DNA from: the human T2T-CHM13v2.0 reference genome, Homo sapiens
DNA length: 64,000 nt
NCBI GenBank assembly: GCA_009914755.4
Contig: CP068257.2
Location: 6,336,001-6,400,000, forward strand
Reading direction: 5' to 3'
Shown: positions 47,347-62,900 of the stretch, piece by piece
Position numbering within the stretch: the first letter of the stretch is position 1
Layout: each line of letters begins with the position of its first letter
The notes under the pieces: model-generated
Database searches by the model: none
What the model saw: only the letters and a program-made list of their open reading frames with translations
Told to the model about the DNA's origin: nothing
Made by a program: the position numbers and the translations under genes

Positions 47347-47640
47347 GCCAAGCGTGGTGGCTCATGCCTGTAATCTCAGCATTTTGGGAGGCCGAGGTGG
47401 GTGAATCACCAGAGGACAGAAGTTCGAGACCAGCCTGGACAACCTGGTGAAACTCCATCTCTACTAAAAATACAAAATTGGCTGGGTGTGGTGGAACATG
47501 CTTGTGATCCCAGGAACTTGGGAGGGTGAGGCAGGAAGAATTGCTTGAATTTGGGAGGGAGAGGTTGCAGTGAGCCAAGATCATGTCACTGCACTCCAGC
47601 GTTGGACAACAAAATGGGATCTCCATCTCAAAAAAAAAAG
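47347..47640 (+). mobile_element. Alu (full length)
   Basis: cagccaagcgtggtggctcatgcctgtaatctcagcattttgggaggccgaggtgggtgaatcaccagaggacagaagttcgagaccagcctggacaac ... cactgcactccagcgttggacaacaaaatgggatctccatctcaaaaaaaaaa. Confidence 0.95.
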
Positions 47641-47830
47641 CTATTAGTCCCTTACCAGATATACGATTTGCAAATATTTTCTTACTTTCTGTAGGTTGTC
47701 TTGTCTTGATACTGTATGTCATTTTTTATGCTCTTTTATTTTTTGTTCTTACTGTTCCCTCTTTTATTTGTCTAAGCACTTTAAGTAATATTCTTTTGCG
47801 TGCTATATAATCATTCAAGTGGCTGAAATC
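47640..47830 (+). mobile_element. Possible old L1 3'UTR-derived fragment
   Basis: ccttaccagatatacgatttgcaaatattttcttactttctgtaggttgtcttgtcttgatactgt resembles the old-L1 3'UTR segment ...gatttgcaaatattttctcccattctgtaggttgtctt..., recognised by memory only. Confidence 0.3.
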
Positions 47831-47982
47831 CAACTAACCCATTTTTCTCCTATTGACTATTCCTCATGACGGATTATTTCTTCAGATATTTGGTAACATT
47901 TGCTTAACTGGTTTTAAATTATGAAAATTGAGAAAGATTCTTTACTTCGTGAAACTTTGGTCAGGCTCCTAAACCTTCTCTG

Positions 47983-50900
47983 GAAAGGAATTGAATGGAA
48001 TGGAATGGAATGGAGATGAATGGAATGGATTCCAATGAAATGGAATGGAATGGAGTCGAATGGAAAGAAACGGACTTGAATGGAATGGAATGGAATGGAA
48101 TGGACTCAAGTGGAATGGAATGGACTTGAACGCAATAGAATGGAATGGAATGGACTCGAAAGGAATGGAATGGAATGAACAGGAATGGAATGGAATGGAA
48201 TGGAATGGAATGGAATGGAATGGAAAAGTGGAATGGAATGGACTGTAACGGAATGCAATAGACTGGAGTGATATGGAATAGAAAGGATTCGAATGGAAAG
48301 GAATGGACTCTAGTGGAATGGAATGGAATAGAATAGGCTCGAATGGAATGGAGTGGAATGGATTCGAATCAAATGGAATGGAATTGAATGGATTCTAGTC
48401 AAACGGAATGTAATGGTATGGAATGTACGCGAACGGAATGGAATGGAATGGAATGGACTCGAATGGAATGGAATGGAATGGAACGGACAGGAATAAAATG
48501 GAATGGAAGAGATTGGAATGGATTGGAATGGAATTGAATGGAATGCAATGGACTCGAATGCAATGGAATGTACTCGAATGGAATGGAATGGAATGCAATT
48601 GAATGAACTCGAATGGAATAGAGCAGAATTTACTGGATTGGAATATAATGGTACAGACTCTAATGGAATAGAATGGAATGGATTCAAATGGAATAGAATG
48701 GAATGGAATGGACTCGAATGGAATGGAATGGAATGGACACAAAAGGTATGGAATGGAACGGGATGGAATGGAATGGACTGGAATGGAAGGGAATGGAGTG
48801 GAGTGGAATGCAACGGAATGGACTTGAAGGGAATAGAATGGAATGGAAAGGAATGGACTCGAATGAAATGGAATGGAAAGGACTCAAATGCAATAGAATG
48901 GAATCGAATGTAATGTAATGCAATTGAATGGACTCGAATGGAATGGACTCAAGAGGAATGGAATGGAGTGGACTCGAAAGAAATGGAATGCAGGGGAAGG
49001 AACTCGAATGGCATGCAATGGAATGGAATAGACTCGAATGGAATGGAATGCAATGGACTCGAATGGAGTGGAAAGGAATGGACGCGAATGGAATGGAATG
49101 GAATGGAGAGGAATGGAATATAATAGAATGGAATGGAATAGAATGGAATGGAATAGAAAAGAATGGAATGGATTTTAATCGAATGGAATGGAATGGAATG
49201 GACTCGAATGGGGTGGAATGGACTCGAATGGAATGGAATGGAATGGAATAGATTCGAGTGGAATATAGTGGAATAGTCTCGAATGGAATTCAAAGGAATA
49301 AACACCAATGGAGTGGAATGGACATGAATAGAAAGGAAAGGAAATGACTCGAGTGGAATGGAATGGAAAGCAATGGAAAGGAAAACAAATGACTTGAGTG
49401 GAATGGAATGGAATGAAATGGAATGGAATGCAATGTTCTCGAATGCAATGGAATGGAATTGACTCGAATAGAATTGAAAGGAATGGACTCGAATAGAATG
49501 GAATGGAATGGAATGGGATCGAAAGCAATGGAGTGAAGTGGACTGGAATGGAATGGAAAGGACTTAAATGGACTGGAATCGAATGGAATGCAACGGAATC
49601 GAATGGGATGGAATGGAATGGAATGGAATGGGATGGAATGAAATGGAATGGAATGCAATGGGATGCTATGGTATGGATTGGAATGGACTTGAATGGAATA
49701 GAAAGGGATGGAATGGAATGGAATGAATTTAAAAACAATGGAATGGAATCCAATGGAATGGAAAGGCCACGAATGGAATGGAATGGAATGGAATGGAATG
49801 GACTCGAATGGAAAAGATTGGAGTTTAGTGGAATGGAATCTAATGGAATGGAATGGAATGGATTCGAATGTAATAGAATGGAATCGAATGGAAAGGAATG
49901 TTCTGTAATGGAATGGAATGGAATGGAATGGAATCGAATGCAATGGAATTTAAAGGACTCGATTGCAATGGAATGTACTCGAATGGAATGGAATGGAAAG
50001 GAAACAACTCGAGTGGAATGAAATGGAATGGAATGGAGTCGCATGTAATGGAATGCAATTGAATGGAATCAAATGGAATGGAATGGAATTGACTCGAATG
50101 GAATTGAATGGAATGGACCAGAATGGAATTAAATGTAACGGAATGGACACAAATGAAATGGACTCGAATGGAATGGAAAGGAATGGAATGGAATGGAATG
50201 GAATGATTTCGAATCAAATGACATGGAATGGACTCGAATGGAATGGGTTGGGATTGGATGGTCTCGAATGTAATGGAATGGAATGAACTCAAATGGAATG
50301 GAATGGAATAGAATAGACTAGAATATAATGGAATGGAAATGGCTCGAAAGGAATGGAATTGATTCGAGTGGAATAGAATGGACATGAAAGGAATAGAATG
50401 GAATGGACTCAAATGGAATGGAATGGAATGGACTCAAATGGAATAGAGTGGAATGGAATGGAATCGAACACAATGCAATGGAATGGACTCGAACAGAATG
50501 GAATGGACTCCAGTGGAATGGAATGGAATGGTATGGTCTCAAAAGGAATGGAATGGAACGGAACAGACACAAATGGAATAGCTTGGAATGGAATCGAATC
50601 TAATGGAGTGGAATGGAATGGATTCGAATGGAATGGAGTGTAATGGAATCGAACGGAAAGGAATGGAATTGAATGGACTCCAATGGAATGGAATGGAATT
50701 GAATGGACTCAAAATGAATGGATGAGAATGGAATGGAATGGAATGGAATGGAATGGAATGGACTCGAATAGAATGGAAGGGACTCGAATGGAGTGGAGCC
50801 GAATGGATTCGAAAGGAAGGTAATGGAATGGAATGGAAAGAACTCGAATGTAATGGAATGGACTCGAATGGAATGGAAGGGACACAGAGTGTAGCCGAAT

Positions 50901-53900
50901 GGATTTGAATGGAATGGAATGGAATGAACTCGAAGGGAATGGAATGGAACTGAATGAAATGGACTCGAATGGAATGGCATGGAATGGAGTCGATGGAATG
51001 GAATGGAATGGAATGGCATAAAATGGAATGGAATGGAATCGAATGTAATGCAGTTGAATAGAATGTACCTGAAAGGAATGGAGTGGACTGGAATGGAATG
51101 AAATGGACTTGTATGGAATGGAATGGAATGGAAGGGAACGGACTCAAATGAAATGGAATGGACACGAAATGAATGGAATGGAATAGAATCGACTAGAGTG
51201 GAATGGAAAGGAATGGACTTGAATGAAATGGAATGCAGAGGAATGGACTGGAATGGAATGCAATGGAATGAAATAAACTCGAATGGAATGGAATGGAATG
51301 GAATGGACTCGAATAGAATGGGATGGAATGGACCTGTATGGAATGGAATGGAAGGGAAGGGAACAAAACGGAAAAGAATAGATTGGAATAGAATGGAATG
51401 GAATGGAGTGGACTCAAATGGAATGGAATGGAATGGACTCGAATGGAATAGAATGGAATTTACTGGATTGGAAACTAACAGAATTGACTCTAAAGAAATG
51501 GAATGGAATGGACTCGAATGGAAGCGAACGGAATGGAATGGACTTGAATGGAATGGAATGGAACGGAATGGAACTGAATGGAATGGAGTTGAATGCAATA
51601 GAATGGAATGGAATGGACTCGAATTAAATGGAATGGAATGGAGTCAAATGGAATGGAATGCAATGGAATGGAATGGAATGGACTCAAAAGGAATGGAATG
51701 GAATGGAATCAAGTGGAATGGAATGGACTCGAATGCAATGGAATTGAATGGAATGGAATCGAATGAAATGGAGTGAAATGGACAAAAATGGAATGGAATG
51801 GAATGGAATGGAATGGAATGGAATGGAATGGAATGGAATGAAATAGAATGGAATGGAATGGACTTGAATGGAATAGAATGGAAAAGAATGGAATGGACTC
51901 GAATGATATAGAATAGAAAGGACTCGAATGGAATGGAATATACGCTAGTGGAGTGGAATGGAATAGAATGGAATCAAATGGAATGGAGTGGAATGGAATT
52001 CAATGGATTCGATTCAAACGGAATGTAAAGGAATGGAATGGACTCGAATGGAATGGAATGGAATGGGCTTGAATGGAATGGAATGGAATGGAAAGGAATA
52101 AAATGGAATGGAATCGAATGGAATGGAATGAAATGGACACGAAAGTTACGGAATGGAATGCGATAGAATGGAAGGGACTGGAATGGAAGGGAATGGAATG
52201 GAGTGGAATGGAACGGATTGGACTTAAATGGAATAGAATGGAAAGGAAAGGAATGCACACAAAGGAAATTGAATGGAAAGGACTCAAATGCAATGGAATG
52301 GATTCGAATGGAATGATATGGACTTGAATGTAATGGAAAGGAATGGACTCAGGTGGAATGGAATGGATTGGACTCGAATGAAATGGAATGCATGGGAAAG
52401 AACTCGAATGGCATGCAATGGAATGGAATAGACTCGAATGGAATGGAATGGAATGGACTCGAATGGAGTGGAATGGAATGGACATGAATGGAATGGAACG
52501 GAATGGAATGGAATAGAATGTATTGGAATGGAATGGAGAGGAATGGAATGGAATGGAATGGAATGGAATGGATTGGAATAGAATGGAAAAGAATGGAATG
52601 GAATAGAAAAGGAATGGAATGGAATGGAATGGATTTTAATCGACTGGAATGGAATTGAATGGAGTCGAATGGAGTGGAATGGACTCGAATAGAATGGAAT
52701 GGAATGGAATGCACTCGAGTGGAATAGAGTGGAATTGACTCGAATGGAATTCAATGGAATGAACTCCAATGGAATGGAATGGACCCGAATGGAATAGAAT
52801 GGAATGGAATTCAAACGACTTGAGTGGAATGGAATGGATTGCAAAGGAATGGAAAGGAAATTAGTGGAGTGGAATGGAATGGATTGGAATGTACTCGAAT
52901 GGAATGGAATGGAATTTACTCGAATGGAATAGAAAGGAATGGACTCGAATAGAATGGAATGGAAAGGAATGGACTCGAATGCAATGGAGTGGAATGGACT
53001 CCAATGGAATGGAAAGGAATTGACTCAATTGGAATAGAATGGAATGGAATAGACTCTAAAGGAATGGAATGGAATGGACACGAAACGTATGTAATGGAAT
53101 GGACTGGAATGGAAGGGAATGGAAAGGACAGGAATGGAATGGAATGCTATGGGATGGTAAGCTTTGGATTGGAATGGACTTGAATGGAATAGAAAGGGAT
53201 GGACTGGGATGAATTTAAACAGAATGGAATGGAATGGGATGGACTCCAATGGAATGGAAAGGCCACGAATTGAAAGGAATTGAATGGAACAGACTCGAAT
53301 GCAATAGATGGAAATTTAGTGGAATGGACTCTGAAGGAATGGAATGGAATGGAATTGAATGTAATAGAATGGAATGGAATGGAAAGGAATGTAATTTAAT
53401 AGAATGGAATGGAATCAAATGGAATGGAATTTAAAGGACTTCAATGGAATGAAATGTACTCAAATTGAATGGGATGGAATGGAAACGACTTGAGTAGAAT
53501 GAAATGGAATGGAATGGAATCGAATGTAATGGAATGGGATTGAATGGACTCGAATGGAATGTAATGGAATGGAATGGCATGGTCTCAAAAGGAATGGCAT
53601 GCAATGCAGTTGAATGGACTCAAATGGAATGAAATGGAATTGACACGAATGGAATTGAATGGAATGGAACGGAATGGAATTAAGTGTAATGGAATGGACG
53701 TGAATGAAATGGAAATAAATGGACTCGAATGGACTCGAATGGAATGGAATGGAAAGGAATGATTTCAAATCAAAGGACATGGAATAGACTCAAACGGAAT
53801 GGGTTCGGATTGGATGGTCTCGAATGTAATAGAATGGAATGGACTCAAATGGAATGGAATGGAATAGAATGCCCTCGAATATAATAGAATGGAATTGGCT

Positions 53901-56900
53901 CAAATGGAATGAAATTGATTCGAGTGGAATGGAATGGTCACGAGTGGAAGAGAATGCAATGGATTCGAATGGAATGGAGTGGAATGGAATGGACTCTAAT
54001 GGAATGGAATGGACTCAAATGGAATATATTGGAATGGAATGGACTTGAATTCAATGGAATGGAATAGACTTGAATGAAATGAAATGGACTCGAATGGAAA
54101 GAAATGGACTCCAGTGGAATGGAATGGAATGGTAAGGTCCCGAAAGGAATGGAAAGGAATGGAACGGATTCAAATGGAATAGAATGGAATGGACTCGAAT
54201 CTAATGGAGTGGAATTGAATGGACTCATATGGAATGGAGTGTAATGGAATTGAGAGGAATGGAAAGGAATTTAAAGGACTCAAATGGAATGGAATGGAAT
54301 TGAATGGACCCAAAAGTTATGGATAGGAAAGGAATGGAATGGAATCAAATGGAAAGGAATGGAATGGACAGGAATGGAATGGAAGGGACTCGAATGGAAT
54401 GGAATTGAAAGGAATCCACTCGAGTGAAAAGGAATTGAATGGAATGGAATGAAAGTGAATGGAATGGAATGGAATGGAATTCACTCCAATGGAATAGAAT
54501 GGAATGGACTCGAAGGGAATGAAATAGAATGCAATGGACTCGAATGGAATACAGTGGAATGGAACAGAATGGAAAAGAATGGAATGGAGTCCAATGGAAC
54601 GACGTGGAATGGAATGGACAAGAATGGAATTGAGTGGAATGGACGCGAAAGGAGTGGAATGGAATTGAAAGGACAGGAATGAAATGTAATGGAATGCAAT
54701 GGAATGCAATGGAATGGAATGGAACGGAATGGAATGCAATGAAATGGAAAGGAATGGAATGGAATCAAATGGAATGGAAAGGAATGGAATCGAATGGAAA
54801 GGAACGTAATGGAATGAAATGGGATCGAATGCAATGGAATGCAGTGGAATGGGCAGGAATGGAATAGAATGGAAACGAAAAGAATGTAATGGAATGGAAT
54901 GGACTCCAATGGAAATCAACCGAATTGAATGGACTCGAAAAGAATGGAATGGAATGGAATGGAGTGGAATGATATGGACTAGAATAGAATGGAATGGAAT
55001 AGAATGGAAAGGAATGGTTTCAAATGGAAGTGAATGGAAAGCAATGGAATGGACCCAAATGGAATGGAATGGAATTGACTCAATTGGAATAGAATGGAAT
55101 GGAATAGACTCTAAAGGAATGGAATGGAATGGACACGAAACGTATGGAATAGAATGGGATGGAATGGAATGGACTGGAATGGAAGGGAATGGAACGGAGT
55201 GGAATGGAAGGGAATGGAACGGAGTGGAATGGAAAGGAATGGAATTGAATGGAATAGAAGGCAATGGAATGGAATGGATTCCAATGAAGTGGAATGGAAA
55301 GGAATCGAATGCAACAGAATGGATTCGAATGGAATGGAATGGAATGGAAAGGACTCTAAAGGAATGGAACGGAATGGACTCAAGTGGAATGAAATGGAAT
55401 GAACTCGAATGGAATAGAATGGAATGGAATGGAATGTACTCGAATGGAATGGAATTGAATGGACACGAATTGAATGGAATGAACTGGAATGGAATGGAAT
55501 GGAGTGGAATGGAAAGGAATGGACATGAAGTGAATAGAATGGAGTGGAATGGAATGGACTCGAATGAAATGGAATGGAAAGGACTTGAATGCAATGGAAT
55601 GGACTCGAATGGGATGTAATGGATTGGTATGGACTCGAACAGAATGGAATAGAATGGACTAAAGAGGAATGAAATGAAATATATTCGAATGGAATATAAT
55701 GGAAGGGAAAGGGCTTGTATGGAATAGAATGGACACGAATGGAATGGAATGGAATGGAGAGGAATGGAATGGAATGGAATGGAATGGAATGGAACGGAAA
55801 GGAATGGAATGGAATGGAATGGGCTAGAATGGAAGAGAATGGAATGGAATGGAATGCACTCGAATGAAATGCAATGCAATGGACTCGAATGGAATGGAAT
55901 GGACACGAGTGGAATGGAATGGAATCGAATAGACCAGAATTGAAAGGAATCAAATGGAATTTAATGGCATGGAATGGAATGGAATGAACTTGAATGGAAT
56001 GCAGTGGAATGGATTCGAATGGAATGGATTGGAATTGAATGGACTCGAGTCGAACGGAATGTAATAGTAAGGAATGGACTCGAATGGAATGCAATGGAAT
56101 GGAATGGAATGAAAGGGACTCAAAGAAATGGAATGGAATGGAATGGACTCAAAAGAAATGGAATGTAAAGGACTCGAATGGTAAGGAATGGACTCGAATG
56201 TAATGTTTTAGAATGGAATATACTCGAATGGAATGGAATGCAATGGACTCAAGTGGAATGGAATGGAATGGACTTGAATGGAATAGAATGGAAAGTACTC
56301 GAATGGAATGGAATGGAATGGTCATGAATGGAATGGAAAGAATTGGAATCGAATGGACTGGAATGGAATGGAATGGAATGGACTGAACTGGAATGGAATG
56401 GAATGGAGAGGAATGGAAAGGAATAGACATGAATGGAAAAGAATGGAGTGGTATGGAATGGACTCGAATGAAACGGAATGGAAAGGATTGAATACAATGG
56501 GATGGAATCGAATGGAATGTAATGAATTGGAATGGACTCCAATGGAATGGAATGGAATGGACTAAAGAAGAATGAAATGAAATATATTCGAATGGAATAT
56601 AATGGAAAGGAAAGGGCTCGTATGGAATGGAATGGACACGAATGGAATGTAATGGAATGGAATGGAATGGACTGGAATGGAATGGAATGGAAAGGAATTG
56701 AAAGGAATGGAATGGGCTAGAATGGATTAGAATGGAATGGAATGGAATGAACTCAAATGAAATGGAATGGAATGGACTCAAATGGAATGGAATGGACAAG
56801 AGTGGAATGGAATAGAATCAAATGGAATGGAATGGACAAGATTGGAATGGAATAGAATCAAATGGAATGGAATGGAAAGGAATCGAATGGAATTTAATTG

Positions 56901-59900
56901 AATGGAATGGAATGGACTCGAATGGAATGCAGTGGAATGGATTCGAATGGAATGGATTGGAATTGAATGGACTCGAGTCGAACGGAATGTAATAGTAAGG
57001 AATGGACCCAAATGGAATGGAATGGAATGAAAGGGACTCGAAGAAATGGAATGGAATAGAATGGACTCGAATGAAATGGAATGGAAAGGACTCCAATGCA
57101 AAGGAATGGACTCGAATGGAATGGAATGGAATGGAATGGACTCGAATGGAATGGAACGGAATGGACTCAAGTGGAATGGAATGGAATGGACTCGAATGGA
57201 ATGGAATGGAATGGACTCGAATGGAATGGAATTGAATAGACATGAATGGAATGGAATGAAGTGGAATGGAATGGACTTGAATGGAATGGAATGGAATGGA
57301 CTGGAATGGAATGGAAAGGAATGTAATGGAGTGGAATGGAAAGGAATGGACATGAATGGAATAGAATGGAGTGGTATGGAACGGACTCGAATGAAACGAA
57401 ATAGAAAGGATTGAATATAATTGGATGGACTCGAATAGAATGTAATGGATTGGAATGGACTCGAATGGAATGGAATGGAATGGACTGGACTCGAATGGAA
57501 TGGCATGCATTGAACCCGAATGGAATGGAATGTTATGGAAAGTAATGGACTCGAATGGAATGGAACGGAATGGAATTCACCCAAATGAAGTGGAATGGAA
57601 TGCGATGGAGTCGAATTGAATGGAACGCAATGGACACGAATGGAATGGAATGGAATGGTATGGACTAGAATGGACTGGAATGGAATAGTTTAGAATGGAA
57701 TTGACGCGAATGCAATGGAATGTAATGGACTCAAAAGGAATGGAGAGGACTCAAACGGAATGGAATGGACTGGGCTCAAATGGAATGGAATGGAATTGAA
57801 TGGACTCAAATGGAATGGAAAGTAACGGAATGGAATGAACTCGAATGGAATGGAATGGACTCGAATGGAATAGAATGGATATGAATGAGATGGAACGGAA
57901 TGGGCTAAAATAGAATGGAATGGAATGGAATCGACTCGAATGAAATGGAATGCAGTGGAATGGACTGGAATGGCATGCAATGGAATGGAAGAAACTCGAA
58001 TGGAATCGAATGAACTCGAATGGAAGGGAATGGAATGGTCGCGAATGGAATGGAAAGGAATGGCATGGAATGTAATGGAAAGGAATGGAATAGAATTGAT
58101 TAGAAAGGATTGGAATAGAATGGAATGGAATGGAATAGACTGAAATGGAATGGAATGCAATGGAGTCGAATTGAATAGAGTGGGATGTACTGGATTGGAA
58201 TTTAACGGAATTTGACACTAATGAAATGGGATGAAATGGACTCGAATGAAATCGAATGGAGTGGAATGGACTCGTATGGAATGGAATGGAATGGACACGA
58301 ATGCAATGGAATGGAATTGAATGGAATGGAATGGAATTGAATGGAATGGAATGGAGTTGAATGGAATAGAATGGAATGGACTCGAATAAAATGGAATGGA
58401 ATGGAGTCGAATGGAATGGAAAGGACTCGAATGGATTAGAATGGCATGGACACAAATGGAATGGATTGGAATGGCATGGACAAGAATGGAGTAGAATGGA
58501 ATGGACTTGAATGGAATGGAATTGAATGGAATGGACTTGAATGGAATAGAATGGAATGGAATGGAATGGAATGGAATGGAAGAGAATCAAAGGGAATGTA
58601 ATGGACTCGAACGAAATGCAATTGAATGGACTCGAATGGAATGGAAATGACTCGAATGGAATAGAATGGACTCGAATGGAATGGAATGTAAGGGAATGAA
58701 ATGGAATGGAATGGCCTGTAATGTAATCGAAAGGAATTCAATGGAATGGAAGTTAATGGAATGGAATAAAATGGAATGGACTTGAATAGAATAGTATGGA
58801 AACGAATGGAATGGACTCCAATGAAATGGAATCGAATGGACTCTAATGGAACGGAATTGACTCCACTGGAATGGAATGAATTGGAATGGACTCAAATGGA
58901 ATGGAGAGGAATGGATTCGAATGGAATGGAATGGAATTGACTACAATGGAATAGAAAGGAATGGATTCGAATGGGTTTGAATATAATGGAATGGACTCAA
59001 ATGCAATAGAGTGGAATGTAATCCAATGGAATTCGAATGGAATTGAATGGACTCAAATCAAATGGAATGTAATGGATTGGAATGGACTCGAAAAGAATGG
59101 AGCTGAATGGAGTCTAAAGGAATGCAATGGACTCGAATGCAATGGAATGGAATGGACTCGAATGGAGTAGAATGGAATGGAATGGACTTATAAGAAATGG
59201 AATTGAACGGACACGAAATGTATGGAAAAGAATGAGATGGAATGAAACGGACTAGAATGGAATGGAAAGGAATGGAATGGAATGGAAAGGAATCGACTTT
59301 AATGGAATGTACACGAATGGAATGGAATTGAATGGACATGAATGGAATGGAAAGAAGTGGAATGGAATGGACTGGGATGAAATGGAATGGAATGGAATGA
59401 AATGGACTGGAATGGAATGGAATGGAATGGAGTGGAATGCAAAGGAATGGACTTGAATGGAATAGAATGGAGTGGAATGGAATGGACTCGAATGAAATTG
59501 AATGGAAAGGATTTGGAAGCAATGGAATGGACTCGAAAGGAATGTAATTGATTAGAATGGAGTGGAATGGAATGGAATGGAATGGACTCAAGAGTATTGG
59601 AACAGAATAGAGTCGAATGGACTATAATGGAATGGAATGGGCTCGAATGGAATGGATTGGAGTGGAGTGGAATGGAATGGAATAGAATGGAATGGAATGG
59701 AATGGAATGGAATGGAATGGAATGGACTTGAATGGAATAGAATGGAATCGAAGGGAATGGACTCGAATGAAATGGAATGGAATGGATTCGAATGGAATGG
59801 ACACGAGTGGAATGGATTGGAACGGACTCGAGTGGAATGGAATTGAATCGAATGGAATGGACACAAGTGGAATAGATTGGAATGGACTCAAGTGGAATGG

Positions 59901-62900
59901 AATTGAATCGAATGGAATGGAGTGTAAAGGATTCAAATGGAATGGAATGGAATTGAATGTACTCGAGTCGAATGGAATGTAATGGTAAGGAATGGGCTCG
60001 AATGGAATGGAATGGAATGGAATGAAAGGGACTCGAATGAAATGGAATGGAATGGAATGAACTCGAATTAAATGCGATGGAATGTAATGGAATGGAATGG
60101 ACCCAAATGGTATGCAATGGAATTTAATTGAATTTACTCGAAAGCAATGGAATGGAATGGAATGGACTCTAAAGGAAAAGAATGGAATGGAATGGAGTGG
60201 AATGGATATGAATGGAGTGGAATGGATATGAATGGAATGGAATGGAATGGACTTGAATGGAATAGAATGGAAGCGAATGGAATTGACTAGACTGAAATGG
60301 AAAATAATGGACTCGAATGGAATGGAAGGGAATCCAATGGATTGGAATGGAATGGACTCAAGTGGAATGGTATGGAATGGAATGGACTCAAGTGCAATGG
60401 AATGGAATGGAGTCGAATGGAATAGAATGGAATGGAGTGGAATCGAATGGAATAGAATATAATGGAATGGACTCGAATGGAATAGATTGGACCTGAATGG
60501 AAAGTAATGGAATGGAATACAATGGACTGTAAATGAATCGAATGCAATGGAATGGAATGTAAGGTAATGGAAAGGAATGGAAAGGAATGGACTTGAATGG
60601 AATAGATTGGAAGTGAATGGAATAGACAAACGATTTGGAATGGAATGGACTCTAATGGAATGGAATTGACTTGACTGCAATGGAATGAAATGGAATGGAG
60701 TGGAATGGATTCGAATAGAATGGAATGGAATTGACTAGAATGGAATAGAAAGGAATGGACTCGATTGGATTGGAATATGATGGAATGGATCAAATGGAAT
60801 GTAGTTAAAAGGAATCGAAAGGAATTCGTATGGAATTGAATGGACACGAATTGAAAGGAATGTAATGTAATGGAATGGACTCGAAAGGAATGCCGTGGAA
60901 TGGACACGAGTGGAATGGAATGGACACGAATGGAATGGAATTGAGTGGAATAGAATAGAATGGAATGGAGAGGAAGGGAATGGAAAAGAAAGGAATTGAA
61001 TGGAATTCCATAGAATGGACTGGAATGTGTTAGAATTGAATGGAATGGAATGGTCTCAAATGCATTGGAATGGACTCGGATGGAATGGAATGGAATGCAA
61101 TGGAATGGACTCGAATGGATTTGAGTGGAATTTACTAGATTGGAATCTAATGGAATGAACTCGAATGAAATGGAATGGAAAGGACTTGAAAGCAATGGAA
61201 TGGACATGAATGGAATGTAATGGAATGGAATGGACTCGAATGGAATGGAATGGAATGGACCCACCAGGATTGGAATGGAATACACTCGAATGGAATAAAA
61301 TGGAAAGGTTAGGGCTCGAGTGGAATGGAATGGACAAGAATGGAATGGAATAGAGTGAAATGGAATGGACTGTAAAGTAATGGAATGGACTTGAATGGAA
61401 AAGAACGGAATGGAAAGGAATGGACTCGAATGAAATGGAATGGAATGGACTTGAATGGAAAGGAATGGACACGAGTAGAATGGAATGGAATGGACTCGAA
61501 AGGAATGGAATTGAATTCAATCAAATAGAATGGAATGGAATGGAATGGAATGGAATGGACTCGAATGGAATGGAGTGGAATGGATATGAAAGGAATGGAA
61601 TTTAATTGAATGGATTCGAGTTGAATGGAATGTAATGGTATGGAATGCACTCGAATTGAACGGAATGGAATGCAATGACAGGGACTCGAATGAAATGGAA
61701 TGGAATGGAATGAACTCGAATTTAATGCAATGGATTGTAATGGAATGGAATGGACTCAAATGGTACGGAATGGAATTGATTGGAATCGAAAGGAGTTGAA
61801 TGGAATGGAATGGATTCGAAAGGAATGGATTGGAATTGAATTGAATGGAATGGAATGGAAAGGACTCGAATGGAAGGGAATGGAATGGACTCCAACGGAA
61901 TGAAATGGTCTCGAAGGGAATGGAATGGAAAGAAAACGACTCGAGTGGAATGGAATGGAATGCAATGGACTCTAATGGGATAGAATGAAATTGAATGGAC
62001 TCAAATGGAATGGAATGGAATGGAAGAGAATGGACTTGAATGAGATGGAATGGAATGGAAAGGACTCTAATAGAAAGAAATGTAATGGACCCGAATGTAA
62101 TGTAATGTAATGGAATCGAATGGAATGGAATGGAATGGAGAGGTACGGAATGGAATTGACCCGAATGGAATGAAATGGACTCGAATGGAATGAAATGTAA
62201 TGGAATGGAATGGAATGGACTCAAATGGAATGGAATAGAATGGAAAGGAATGGAATGGACTCTAATGGGAAGGAATCAAAAGCAAAAAACTTCAGTGAAA
62301 TGGAATGGTATGGAATGGAATGCACTCAAATGGAATGGAATAGAATTGAATCTAATGGAATCGAAAGGAATGTACTCCAATGGAATTGAATGGAGTGCAG
62401 TGGACTCGAATGCAATGGAGTGGAATGGATATGAATGGAATGGATGGAATGGAATGGAATGAAATGGAATGGAATGAAATGGATTGGAATGGAATGGAAG
62501 GGAATTGAATGGAATAGAATGGAATGGGAATGAAATGGACTCGAATGAACTGGAAAAGTATGCGCTTGAATAGAATGTAATGGACACGAATGTATTGTAA
62601 TGGAATGCACTCGAACGGAATGGAATGCAATGGAATGGACTCAAGTGGAATGGAACGGAACGGACTCGAACGGAATAGAATGGACTTGAATGGAATGGAA
62701 TGGACAAGAATGGAAAGTAATTGAATGGAATGGAATGGACTGTAATGGAATCGAATGGAAAGTAATGGAATGGAATGGAATGGAATGGAATGGAATGGAC
62801 TTGAATGGAATAGATTGGAAAGGAATGGAATAGACTCGAATGAATTGTAATGGAATGGACACTAATGGAATGGAATTGACTCGCCTGGAATGGAATGAAA

